DNA from: Bugula neritina
Lineage: Eukaryota; Animalia; Bryozoa
NCBI GenBank assembly: GCA_964035545.1
Contig: OZ037770.1
Span: 9,306,973 to 9,370,972 of the forward strand
Length of the DNA stretch: 64,000 nucleotides
Reading direction: 5' to 3'
Both the position numbers and the translations under genes were made by a program. The notes beneath the pieces are model-generated. The model ran no database searches. It saw only the letters and a program-made list of their open reading frames with translations, and was not told the DNA's origin. Positions within the stretch are counted from its first letter, which is position 1. Each line of letters starts with the position of its first letter. Shown here piece after piece: positions 23,840 through 36,124 of the stretch.

Positions 23840-26402
23840 TCATTTTGAGCAGAAGCCAAGTTACAACTAGTTTAGCTTGTGAGCACTGCAACTGGTTGCT
23901 CGGGCTTTGCGAGACATGATTCGAGTTCTCAAATTAGTTAGGCGCGAGCTAGGATCTTATTTAATCATTACAGTAGGATCTTTTATACGTGATGAAATGC
24001 CTTCCACAATTGAACAAGTTTGTTTATTATGAACCAATAGGCAGTCGTAAAATAAAACCGCGCACAATGTAAAACTTTTAATCAACTATTTTATAAACGC
24101 TGAATACGGCACAAAGTTCAGGGTCAATATATTATCTTTTTGACCCTTTGATTAAATGCAACTATAATCATTTTTCGAACTCCAACGACAACCACTGCTT
24201 TTAATAACCCCATACTTAGTGCTGCACCAACATGATTTTATTATACTAACTCAACAGCGATTGCAGAAAAGATAACTCTCATATCATTGTTGAGAATCTG
24301 GTGTTGAAAATTATAGAAATTTAGAAATTATATAGAGCAATATATATGTTATAATTTATGCATAAATTTAACTAACCATGTATGCAATAATTTTTAAGCT
24401 TGTATGCAATGTTGTGTATGATTCAACGCACTTTTGTGTGATGTCATTGGCATCGACAACTGGTGATAAGAAAGTGAACCCTGAAAGGTGTAAAATATGC
24501 TTAGTAACAAAGTTGATCTCTTTTTAGTGTTATGCATGACTTGTGACTCAGAAATTTACTTGCAGAACTTTAGCTATAGCCTGAATTCACAAACTTTTAA
24601 TATTTTCTATATCTATTTAATATATACCTACACATTATATATACACACGTACGAACGCACACACATGTATACATAAATAAACAAATATAGCATTACATAA
24701 AATATGGGATAAAATATTGTGTAGCATGTAGCATGTAACAAGTAAGATATGACATAAAACATCATTATATAGGCTACTCACCGTTATTATAAGTAATATA
24801 AGTTGAAGTTAAAATTTCATTACATGGCAACAACTACCTACATATATAGAGTGTGAAATCCAACAGTCCTTACTGTTAAAAATTGATGCAGATCCAATTT
24901 CCTACTTTTACACTTTTCTGAATTCAAGAGTTATAAGCTATTTAGAAACATATGCACTCAGGTTATCTCTATATACGTTTATTGAACTTACATACCGTAA
25001 TTTATACCAACATATGTTTTTATAAAATGCCGGTTGATTCACTGCCAACATGATGCCATGCTGACCTTGCATCTTTCTTAGGAGCTATCACTGTGCGAGT
25101 TCCCTCCCTGTTAACATATTCTAAGCTTCTGAAATAACCCTTTGCTTGGAGTGCTTCATACAAAACATTACCTTAATATTATACGTGACACCTACTGCGT
25201 GCAATGTGTCCAGAACAATCTCGAACTATCATATTTTTATATTTGCAGACATCTACATATAATTTTAGTATATCAGAAAGTTGTAGTATATTGCACTGTT
25301 TTTAAAATGTATAATCTGATGGCAACACATTAGAGCTGAAACCTTTAGCATTTGCAGAAAAGTGTGCAAATGAAAGTTATAGAAACAATAGTTTTATAAA
25401 TTGACCAATTTCAGAAAAAAATTATTTATATTTTAAATGATTTTCTTTTTGTGGTAACATCCGAGATACATGTAGATGTGGTAATGGAGAATTTAAGAAA
25501 AGCTTGTGTTCTAGATCAGAAATGTAGCAAAGGAAGTTATGCTCTTGAAAGAATTTCAACCTGCAACCCAAGCCAAACTAATAGGAAAACCATAGAACTT
25601 AGGCTATCTCAACTTCTCCATTACAATTCTCTGTCAGTTAAATTGTCATTATTAGCCTCCAACCATTGGTTTAGTTATGGCAGTATTATTTAATTATTAT
25701 CTGGGAATTAAAACTTCAAATGCGTAAGTTTAATGTCAACATTTGCCAGTTATAAAATAGATAGGATTAATGCCAGATGATCTTACCTAATCCAGCACTA
25801 ATACTAATATTATCCAACTTTGATCTTATGAATATATTAGTCTTTGGAGGATTAATTTTTCCTCTAAGTACATATAATGTACATCCTTATCAAAACAACT
25901 GTTAGATATCAAAGCTAATGTAAATCATATATACTGCAGGTTAAGGCTAACCACTGCAAACTATCGGAAGTAGTGTTTAGGTGATCAAATTGCTGGCTGT
26001 CTGTATGCATGGGCAGGGCAATAAATTTCAAATTTTATGTTTTAATATTATAATGCTCTTCTGTTACAGAACTAAATTTATATTAGTATGTTTCTGCAAT
26101 GTTCTTCATTTGTCTAAAAGTTAAGCATTGTACTCAAGTCTATATTACATAACTGTCTGTTATTATTGAGAATCTCTCTAAACTAGATGTAATAATTATT
26201 TATTTGTTTAGTTAATTGTGAATCTTATGAAACAAAATATATATACAATAAGGTTGTATTCAGTGTAAATAATTTTTTAATAGTATTTTAAATAGTTTTG
26301 CAATGAAAAGAAAAATAAATAAAAATGATTTCATATCCTCTACTACTCTACTAGCTGGCAAACAACAAACTATCTGCCAAAGCTAATTACTGTTTGGTAA
26401 AT

Positions 26403-27802
26403 TTAATAATAAAACTTGTTCAACATTCCAGTGCGTCCACCACCACCTCCTGATATAAGGCCACCGATAAAACCACCTAAACCTGGCTTTTGTGGAGGTA
26501 CAGGATTCTGTTTTATAACAGGAGGAGAAGGTGGTGCAGGTGCTACTACAACTACAGGTGCTGGTGCTGGCATAACAGGTCTGTTGTTTTGGCGTCGACT
26601 AGGCTGTCGACCAACTGGCTGATTTCTGCTACCACCTCTACGACCACCACGACTGTTAGCAGCGCGTCCTCGGCCTCCAAAACTTGAGACACCCATAGAA
26701 CGCCCTCCGTATGGTTGATATGGATCTACATTCTGTACAACAAGAAAGGGAATCATCAACAATGTAGCAACAGTTTAAACAAAACTACACAAGCTCTTTA
26801 TTCATAAAGCTAGTTTGCTAATCTCATTCTTTCTATTTCTGTATTAATCTAGTTAATATGAACTACAAAAGGATGTATTATACTTACTTGGTGGGCAAAT
26901 GTGGTGGTTGGCAAACTTGTGGTGGTGTATGGCTCAGTTGTGGTAGATGTGTAGTAAGGTGTAGTTGTTGTTGAGATGAAAGGCGTAGTGGTACTAGAAG
27001 TGAAGAATGGTGTGCTGGTAATGTCTACAAGGTCAAAGTCTGTGGTGGAGGAGGTAAAGTAAGGAGTTGTGGAGTATCTTTGTCTCCTTGGTGGGTTACG
27101 GTGGTAGGTAGGGTAGTAGCCTGGACACTGTTTGTAAGCATGCTGGCAGGATGGAGAGCCGGCACCAGATCTACAGTCTCTGTTTACCATTTCTTGGCAT
27201 GGCTACAAAAGAAATGAAAACATAAACTTGCTATAGTTAAAACAAGAAAATAAAAACTCTGTAGCCTGATGTTATTTGACCTCTTTGAAAAGATGCTAGT
27301 TGCCAATTTATAAGTTGTCCTTAATGCTTGCAAAAGTCAAAACTTTTATTTATAATTAAACTGAGTTATAGCATGTTTTTAACATTAAATTTCAAATTGA
27401 CCTTTAAAAAACCAATTGTAAAATAATAAATCATTATTTCATTTTAAAGTAATAATATTACAAGATTTATTGATAATGCTGATACAACCAAACTTTGATT
27501 TTTAAATTTCGAAATATAAAAATATTATTATTTTGATAATAGATAAACTAGATATACCATCTACATAACACAATTTATTTACTTAGATACTGCTACTGCA
27601 ATAATGCTAATGCCTGGCCTACTCTAAAAACATAGCACATGCACTACAACTGTTCAACACATGATGCATTTTCTGATTTCATTTGTCAAAGTGTTTTGAA
27701 ACTTACAATTTTGAAGTTATCATGACCGCCGCCATAACCTGATGAGAATGAGCCTCCGATACACGCTGCTATACAGAGTCCAACAATCACTAAACTGTTC
27801 AT
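26403..27802 (-). CDS. Secreted low-complexity protein (about 246 aa): signal peptide, 4-Cys motif, Thr-rich tract, Gly/Arg-rich and Pro-rich tail
   Basis: Coding exons 27707-27802 (MNSLVIVGLCIAACIGGSFSSGYGGGHDNFKI), 26888-27202, 26403-26732, all phase 0 with canonical splice sites; non-coding first exon ending 28365; AATAAA (minus) near 26200. Confidence 0.8.
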
Positions 27803-28126
27803 TGTAAAAGATTGAGCTGTCCTTCAATTTGTGATGTAACGGAGCACTAAAATTATAAAAATCACATTAGCTGTAATTTAACCGTTTATAAGATTATGCA
27901 AAAGACTATGCCCTGAAATGGTAGCCGTCTTTAGAGTACTAATAAAAGAGAATGGTTAAAACTATACATCTGTCTAGAATAGTTTAAACTATAGCGTCAA
28001 AGCAACATAAAGTCTACTATAGATAATTAATAATTAATATAAATTTCTTTTAGAAAGTGGAACACTTGATCAAAAGTTATAAATTAGGCAAGCTACATTT
28101 GTATAAAGTATGAACTAAGAAATATT

Positions 28127-28333
28127 GGGAGCAACCGTGGTCTAAGCAGTAGGGGGTAATAAACACGAAGTCATACATTAAGTTCAAAGGCCATTGGTGT
28201 TGCTAAGAAAAGTGTCCAGTTAAAATTGCTCCTGTGCCTCATAAATATAAGACCTTAGCCCAATGTAACAATAGAACTTTTTCATAAGAGGCATCTCGAG
28301 AGGATGGCGGCTATAAACTATAAGCATGAGTAT
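28127..28333 (+). mobile_element. SINE family 1 copy (diverged) in intron 1
   Basis: gggagcaaccgtggtcta...ttgctcctgtgcc...; flanking direct repeat aactaagaaat. Confidence 0.75.
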
Positions 28334-28423
28334 TAACTAAGAAATGTTATTGCAGACAACCTACCTTCTTAGTGAGTCCAGCTCCCAAAGAACTTGCTGA
28401 TCAGTATTTAAAGGCTGGCTTTA

Positions 28424-28459
28424 AACTGAGAACTGAAAACCCAATACTAACTCTTTATA
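28424..28459 (-). promoter_or_regulatory. TATA box plus initiator of the secreted-protein gene
   Basis: Minus-strand TATAAA at 28454-28459, TCAGTT Inr about 30 nt downstream, splice donor aag|gtaggt at 28365. Confidence 0.55.
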
Positions 28460-30151
28460 TTCTTGGTTGATGAGCTTAAGCCTGAATGTAAGAAGAGCCA
28501 ATAGTTGATGAGCTCTCTGTTAATCCACTGATAAATACTCCAATAATCTCTGTTGGGGAGGAGAGGAATCGGATTAGAACTTTTAGAGCCTGGTGGTAGC
28601 AGACGGAGTATAGAAACTTGTCTTGATTTAAATAAATCTTTGAAAAGCCAAAATATGCATTAAAACAATCATCTCACCTCAAACTAATTGGTACGAATGG
28701 TTTTAAAAAGACTTTAGAGATTTGCTCTAAGCAATTTTTGCCCCCAATGAGATTAAACTATAGACCTCCCCTTGCAGGTACTACCAACAAAATTTCATTT
28801 ACATTTACGTTCTGTGCATACAACAAAAGTTATTTGTTATTGCTTGCAATGAGACATTATCGAACTCATTTGAAATTAATAAATAGCTACTTTTTAATCT
28901 GTTGTACACCAACAGTAAATATTCTAAATAATATTATACAATAATGTTGTAGCTGTAGTCTAGATAAAGATTGTCAATTGCAATTGATAGATGGTTGTGC
29001 ATAAGCTCTAAGAGGCAATACCGAAAAAAAAACGACATCTTTAACTAAATCTTAAAAATAATCTGTGGTGATTATCCAGCAATCATCTTCTAACCTACAA
29101 TTAATCTTTTTTTAAAAACAAGTTCTAGGAATGTACATATAACTGCTAGAAAAAATGAGAGTATTCCCCATCAAATAGCTGAAATTTACATTTTTCTCAA
29201 ATTGGCAGCCACTTAACAATTTACTTTCTTAAACCTGGTCAGCAGCCATGCATTAAATTGAGAACAAGTATTTAACATTAGCAAAGAGAGTTTATATACT
29301 GCTTATTATAGATATGCAAATTATCATTTAGCTTAATATAACTGACTTTCAAGAATATTATATTGATAATCAAAATGCTTGCAAATAATCACTTACTTCT
29401 CTTTTATTGCATACTTCAAAGTTTGGAGTAATTTTGTGCTAAGTACATATGTTACAGTTGCTGTTTACCTGTTGCAACTAGTTAAACAATGTCACACAAT
29501 CTCACATAGTGTCACCTAATGTCACATGGTACACACAATCCCTTAAAATCTCTAAAAAAATTTTTGCTTTGTAACATTTTGCTCTCTAACAAATGACTAT
29601 TTAAGCCGCATAGGGAGATTTCTAAAAAGTCATTAAATACTAAGCTGGTTGCTTTTTTATATTCCCTGCAGTGAACTGGAAGCTAATTTAAATTTTTTGA
29701 TTGTATGATTTTCTATTCTATTAAAGCTTAACATTTAAAATTTAAAGGTAATTGCAGGCACTATAAGACAAATATAACCTATGTACGCTATGCTATAGCC
29801 TAATAGTTGTTATATTCGTGAGGGTAAAATTTGAACAATTATAGGCTTATAACAAGTCCTAAGCATGTTTTTGATGAGTTTGTAAAATATAGAAGTTAAA
29901 ACAATTTCAACAATCATGCAATGTACTATAATTATATGACTGAAATGTTTAAATTCTGCCCTTAAATTTCTTTTGCTCATCAGAAACTAGAATTAAATCA
30001 AATAGTATATCGAAAAGGTAAATTATTTGAGCGCGTTTATATATGGTTTGAAGTAACTTCAGCAATGGCGGATGGATGAGAATATGCTATTGACTCCGCA
30101 TTGAGAGTTAACTTTTTAATGGCGGCTTCAATTTCTAAATCTCGTATAGAA

Positions 30152-30367
30152 AACTCGCAAAAGTTTATAGTCATCATTACTAAGAGAAAACCTGTTATGA
30201 AAAGAAATTTTTGTTAAATCGGGCTGAGGACTTATTTAAATGGGATACAAGAAAAATTATGACTGAATGCTTTTCCTAATATTTCAGATGGCCTTTGTTG
30301 GGGATTGGGCACATGATATCCTGTTTACTAGGCAAACGTTTTTTAATCCCTAGACCACGGCTGCTCC
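30152..30367 (-). mobile_element. SINE family 1 copy, reverse orientation, intergenic
   Basis: Plus strand ends ...ccctagaccacggctgctccc, the reverse complement of the SINE head. Confidence 0.75.
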
Positions 30368-30942
30368 CTCTCGTATACAGTTTTATAAACTATATAATTT
30401 AACAATAAGCATGCAATAAGTAGCAAAATTTTTGCAATGTTTTTTGAAAAGTTTGCGTATTTAGTTTGCGTCTTACAATGGGAAGAGTTAGTCATAGCAA
30501 AAGAGACTGTTGAGAACTTACTTGAGCTTTGTAGCTATATACACATTATACGACATTAAGCCAAGCAAACAACCAGGATTACTTCTAATCACATTTCTTT
30601 ATAGAGATTATCAGCAGATCAGATATGACAGTAACAGGATGGTACAGTCTTAAAGGGTTTAAGATCTTTATTAATGGGTATTACTTCTACATTGTACCAA
30701 CTTGTACTAATCTATTTTCTCAGTGTATTTCCCTCCTAACATTAAACGAGAGCTCTCGGGAGTTTAATGGGTTTGACCAAGTGTATTTAATATTTAGTTA
30801 ATCAACTTTTTTCAGCAATATGAAAGTTGCGTGCAGGTTCATGCAGGTATATGTTGAGTTGTAGCTATTAAATTATATGCAATGTGACATAACTGTTAAC
30901 AGTTTGGTAGAATAAATAAATACCATGGCTTGTTGTAGTTTC

Positions 30943-31137
30943 TGTAATGTACGGTCCTACTTACTCGACAGTCTGCGTAAGAGTCCCTCGTGCAGTCTTT
31001 ACTTTCACTCTCACAATAGCCAATATCCAAGCCGTACAAGCTGGTAGGAAATCCGAATGCTTGTAAGGCGGTTAGCCAATCACCTCAGGTTAGCTTGTAG
31101 CTTATCTGCTAAAGACTATAAACCGCATTATATTCCA
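30943..31137 (-). repeat. 3' LTR
   Basis: 195 bp, preceded on the minus strand by the purine tract AAAAGGGAGGGCA. Confidence 0.95.
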
Positions 31138-31623
31138 TGCCCTCCCTTTTATAGAGATGAACCACTTAATATTCCATACTCCCCTTTTGGGGATTTAATA
31201 AAAAGCAAAACATGGAGTTGAGTACATAATATTCCATGCTCCCCTTTGAGGAATTTAGTAGTATAAAGTAATGCATGGAACTGAGTGGTTTGTTGGGCTG
31301 AGCAGTAACACCAAAATACCAATTAGCCTGATAACACAAAATACCAACCTCTATGTACAGTACACAGTTTGGTTTACCACCAAAGTGGTTCCCAAAATTG
31401 CCACCGAAGTGGACTTTAGCCTGACCACCGGAGTGGACAATAACCTGACCAACAGAGTGGTCGTGAACTTGATCACCGAAATGATCATCTTTAGCACCAC
31501 CAGGGTGGGCTAATACTGTGCCACCAAGGTGGACTTCCTGCGCATCCGCTTTACCAGGTGTTTGACCTAGGTCGCCCACTGGTAATTTCCCTAACTATAA
31601 CTAAGTGCTATAAGTCACTACTG

Positions 31624-33102
31624 CTACTTCAATGTATTTCTCCAAGAAACCAACTGAGCCTCAGTGCTAACTACAGTTAACAGACTATGGTTCTTCAATT
31701 CCCTAAAACCTAGTATATTAGACTTAGAACCTTTAATAACATACAGGTTAGTTACTGTTTTCTTAAACTTGCTTCCTAAAACAACCTCAGCTTTGCCTAA
31801 CACTGAGAGCTGGGAGTTGTCGGCACTCTTTAAAACTCTATCACTTTCGTGAAGCTCAAGTGCTAATGTTTTACTTGTGTCTTCAGTAATTGTAGACACA
31901 TCTGCACCAGTATCTAAAACAAACTCAATATTTCTATCATTAACACTAAGATTCTGTTTCCATGTTTCAGCTCCATCGTATGGTTCACTATCAATAAACC
32001 TAACCTTACTAGATGTGACAGCTCTAGTTCTAGGTGATCTCCAAGAAGAACTATCTTTACTATCTACTGACCATTCTCTATCTGAGCTACTACTCCTTTG
32101 ACTTCTATAGTTACTTCTACTAGAGTAATCTTTGTCCTTGTAAGACCTACGCATTCTACAGTCTCTTGCTATGTGGGCATGTTTTCCACATGCATAACAT
32201 CTTATTTTCGGACAATTCCTAGCAACATGCTCAGGTTTATGACAAACATAACATAAACTGTCTGAACTGCTACTACTACTATTACTGCTAGCTCTATGTC
32301 TACTTCTATAGTCTGGAGATTTGTGGCGAGAATAATCTCGACTACTATCTCTAGAACTATATCTACCTTTATGTCTATCATTATCATAGTAAGATGACCT
32401 TCTGTCCGTTACTCTATCAGACTTAGTTCTAACTTCAGCTATGTTAGCAAAGTTATTATTCAAATTAGAACTACTAGATCTAACCTCAGAAACCATTGCA
32501 GCAGATTCTCTAGCAATATTCCTAGTCTTCAAAATATCAGACAACGCTTTCCAAGTGATATTTTCATTAAGCATAAGTTGTCTTCTCAGATATTCATCTC
32601 TTAAACCAACTACTGCCATACTAATAGCAAACCTTTGTCTAAGGTCTTCCACATTAGCCCCTTCAACAAATCCTAAATTTCTACTATGTTTCTCAACACG
32701 TAGCAAATACTCTAACTCATCTTCGCCACATGTTTGAGACAAAGTTGCTGCTTTAACCCAAGCCACATGGACATTTTCTGTTTTCTCATAGTGGCCTTTC
32801 AACAAATTTAAAGCATCATTATGAGCATTGTCATCATTCCTTTCAAGATCAAATCCTAAAGATTGTAACACATCAATACCCTCATCTCCAATGGCATTGA
32901 GCAGAGCTAAAAACTTAGCTTCACCTCTAAATCTATTTACTGCAATACTGGACAGCATTTCAGTACCCATTTCAAGGGTTGCTAATCGAACTGACAGGTT
33001 GTATTTTACCAACCATTTCTTAAAACAATCACTCTGATTATCGGAGCTCAAAACTAACTTAGGAAACCGATTGAGGTCGGTAAACCTAGTGTTAGTTGCC
33101 AT
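31624..33102 (-). CDS. gag: Gag-protease polyprotein (492 aa)
   Basis: Two CCHC knuckles (CYVCHKPEHVARNC, CYACGKHAHIARDC); retropepsin motif FVLDTGAD and ILG flap motif; stop right after the protease. Confidence 0.9.
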   Translation of the reverse strand: MATNTRFTDLNRFPKLVLSSDNQSDCFKKWLVKYNLSVRLATLEMGTEMLSSIAVNRFRGEAKFLALLNAIGDEGIDVLQSLGFDLERNDDNAHNDALNLLKGHYEKTENVHVAWVKAATLSQTCGEDELEYLLRVEKHSRNLGFVEGANVEDLRQRFAISMAVVGLRDEYLRRQLMLNENITWKALSDILKTRNIARESAAMVSEVRSSSSNLNNNFANIAEVRTKSDRVTDRRSSYYDNDRHKGRYSSRDSSRDYSRHKSPDYRSRHRASSNSSSSSSDSLCYVCHKPEHVARNCPKIRCYACGKHAHIARDCRMRRSYKDKDYSSRSNYRSQRSSSSDREWSVDSKDSSSWRSPRTRAVTSSKVRFIDSEPYDGAETWKQNLSVNDRNIEFVLDTGADVSTITEDTSKTLALELHESDRVLKSADNSQLSVLGKAEVVLGSKFKKTVTNLYVIKGSKSNILGFRELKNHSLLTVVSTEAQLVSWRNTLK

Positions 33103-33451
33103 TATGATCTGAATGTGAGCGTGATATAAAATTTAAAATTTTAATTATCACTACCAGAAAGCTTAATTATTTTAATAACCCTGTTAATCCTTAAACCTAA
33201 TAATAATATTAAATTTGAATTTATCAAATCTAATACTCTAACCGAATTATAAATAATAATATTAATATTTCACTGTCACTCCACTAACTCTTACTCTTAC
33301 TCTACTGATAACACAAACTAAACTCCACAAATGTCTCTCAAATAAGCTTTTATAGTTACTCTCCACTGTTTGTCTCTCCTCTATTATTTGATTCTGCTCC
33401 ACTATTCACTCTTCTCCACTATTCACTCCTTCTCCACTGTTGACTGTCTAC

Positions 33452-33470
33452 AATCCTGCCGACTGCGCCA
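33452..33470 (-). promoter_or_regulatory. Primer-binding site complementary to a tRNA-Ser 3' end
   Basis: Plus strand AATCCTGCCGACTGCGCCA resembles the 3' end plus CCA of animal tRNA-Ser; it abuts the LTR. Confidence 0.8.
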
Positions 33471-33665
33471 TGTAATGTACGGTCCTACTTACTCGACAGT
33501 CTGCGTAAGAGTCCCTCGTGCAGTCTTTACTTTCACTCTCACAATAGCCAATATCCAAGCCGTACAAGCTGGTAGGAAATCCGAATGCTTGTAAGGCGGT
33601 TAGCCAATCACCTCAGGTTAGCTTGTAGCTTATCTGCTAAAGACTATAAACCGCATTATATTCCA
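33471..33665 (-). repeat. 5' LTR
   Basis: 195 bp, identical to 30943-31137, adjacent to the PBS. Confidence 0.95.
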
Positions 33666-36124
33666 GTTTCTATTGTCGTTCATGACAAGAGAAAATAATA
33701 TTTGACTTTGGATTTGAAAAACAAATATTTATTTTTGGGATGAATTTTCTGAACAAGTTCAGAAACATTTTTTTGGTTATACTATGAAGAAAGTCAGTGT
33801 AAAAGTTATAAGATATAACAAAACTAATATTAGTTTTCATAAAATATAGATTGAAGTCTACATGGCACTATAATATCTATATAGCATATGTGGTGTTCTA
33901 TTCACAAACAACACATTAAAACAATTATATATGAAGGTATAGTAACAGCGGTGAATTGCTTTATTCATTGTATAATTAAAAGTAACTCAGAACTCATAAC
34001 TTGCATGTGTCTTAAAATTGAAATTTAATGAGTGTTAGTAGAGCATTGTACTCTATCCTGATTCAAGATGTAAACTTTTCAGCAGAAAACATTTGTTTTA
34101 ATAACATATCATAGTATGTGGTTAGTCACACTTTTGGTTTTTGACTTTTGACATTGAAAGCCCTGTTTTTCAAGCATTCCAATATGAATAAATGTGAACA
34201 AGTAGTGCACTTTTCTGGGTAGAATATCGTTTGGTAAACATTCAATTGCTAATATTTATGTTGCTGGTTCTGTAAGAGAGAAGGGTTACCTACTGGACAA
34301 TGACTTCACCAGAGATTATATAATCCCTAATTACACCGAAAGTTATGCAATCACTCATTCAATCATTCACTGCCTATTAGTCAGTCAATCGTCTGCCACA
34401 GACCTCTTAATTACATCAGCCCTAGAAGTGAGTCATCTTACAGTGTGCTGGGCTTATCTGAGCTTTGCCTTCCTTATCTGCAAAACCTATCTATGCACTG
34501 TCAATCTTCCAGGTTGCTGCTTTAATAAAGAGCATGGACTGTAGCCTATCCAAATGAAGCTTTTTTGAGTTTAACCACTGCTAACATAGAGCATTAAGAT
34601 TATATATTCAATTTTTTTGTAGATAGACATTATTGAATAAAACTGACTATAATGGAAGAAAATATTTTGATAAATTCATGCATGACTTTTATTCAATCTG
34701 AATTACAATGGGGTGTTCAAACTTCAAAAGGTCTAGAATCATTCTGATGCTACCATTAACAGCAAAAGTACAATTCAAACCCCAAAGTAAAAAAACCTAT
34801 GCACTATAAAAAAGAAATATAAACTGGTAATTTCAGGCTGTAAAACACCATATAATTACTCATCAGTAGGATTAACCATATATTTATTTCTCAAGGGGGC
34901 TTCAATAATATGTTATGTTTATAGTGACTAGGTAATTAAAACTTACTAGATTTCTTGGGCAGTGAAGATGCACAGAGGAAACTCTTGAGATGCACAAATA
35001 CTGGTAAAAATGACAATTCTTTATTTTTTACCAGAATGGCAAGAGTTTTATATTACAGTTGCTAAACACTTCACATTTAAAAGAGAGAAAATTTTGCTGC
35101 TTGAATAGTTGACTAATAGCCTTTACAAAATATCTCAAATTAAACTTGTTTTTGTTGGTGAAAAAGAAGCAGCTGTGGTATAATAGAGTGTGTAGCAGGC
35201 CATGGGTTTGAATCCTGGCAGAACTTTATTGGTGAAGTGGAGAACCTTCAATAGCCTAATTTTTTTAAATTTCTTTTTGAATTTAGTTTTGAGGTGTGGG
35301 TTGAAACCATCAAATAGTTTACAGGCTTTTCTCAACTTTTCCTTTATAGCTCCTATATACCTAGTGGTGTCATCAGGTTCATTGAAGATACAGAGAAGAG
35401 CAACTTATTGTTCCTACACTGCCAGAGTTCTCATAGAATTGGAGAAAAATGTGAGATTTTTCTTGCAACAAAAGCTTCGATAAGAACAAAATTCATCAAG
35501 ATAATTTAGCAAGCTATTGTTCTAGCTAATTGTTATTACCAAATCTTTTGAGATTTAGTTATTTTCTCATGTACTGATTTGTAGATATTGTGAAGAATAT
35601 TATATTATATAGTATAGCTCAGAAAGACAATTGTGTTCATTGAAAATATCCGTTTATGTTGTATTCTTTGCATTTACGCAGTCCTTTAATAATCCGATAA
35701 TTTACAATTCTACGTCATGAAATTTATATTTAGAGTACAAAGTAATAGTAATAGCTATAAAATTCAGTTAATTTCAAATTTACCATTAACACAATAACAT
35801 GCTTTAATTATTAATTGTCAAAGATTGCCTAAAGCTAAAACTATATTTTATTTCAAAACTAATAAAATATTTTGTTTTATTTATATTAAAGTATCTTAAC
35901 TAAAACTGTCGAGCTTTTCCTTTACCTTTTTATTATCTTAATTACATAATAGAATCAAAAAACTATAATAAGAACAAAACATAAGCTTATTATAAATGCA
36001 AACAATAACTGTGCAGGAGGAAAAATACAGCAGTGCTTTGAGCCACAAGAATTTTAATATTTTTCTAATTCCCTGCCATTCTAGAATAACGCATAAAAGT
36101 ATTGTTGTGTGAGCAAAACGACTT

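Larger units (their letters stand above)
30943..33665 (-). mobile_element. Non-autonomous LTR retrotransposon (gag-protease only; Ty3/gypsy-like), 2723 bp
   Basis: Identical 195-bp TG...CA LTRs (30943-31137, 33471-33665); TSD GTTTC (30938-42, 33666-70); PBS at 33452-33470; PPT at 31138-31150; single gag-pro ORF; no RT/RNase H/integrase. Confidence 0.95.

Noticed and set aside
35135-35420. Possible third paralog remnant (AIKEKL...LFDG)
   Set aside because: Similarity to exon 9 is too short, with no matching splice sites or Cys pattern
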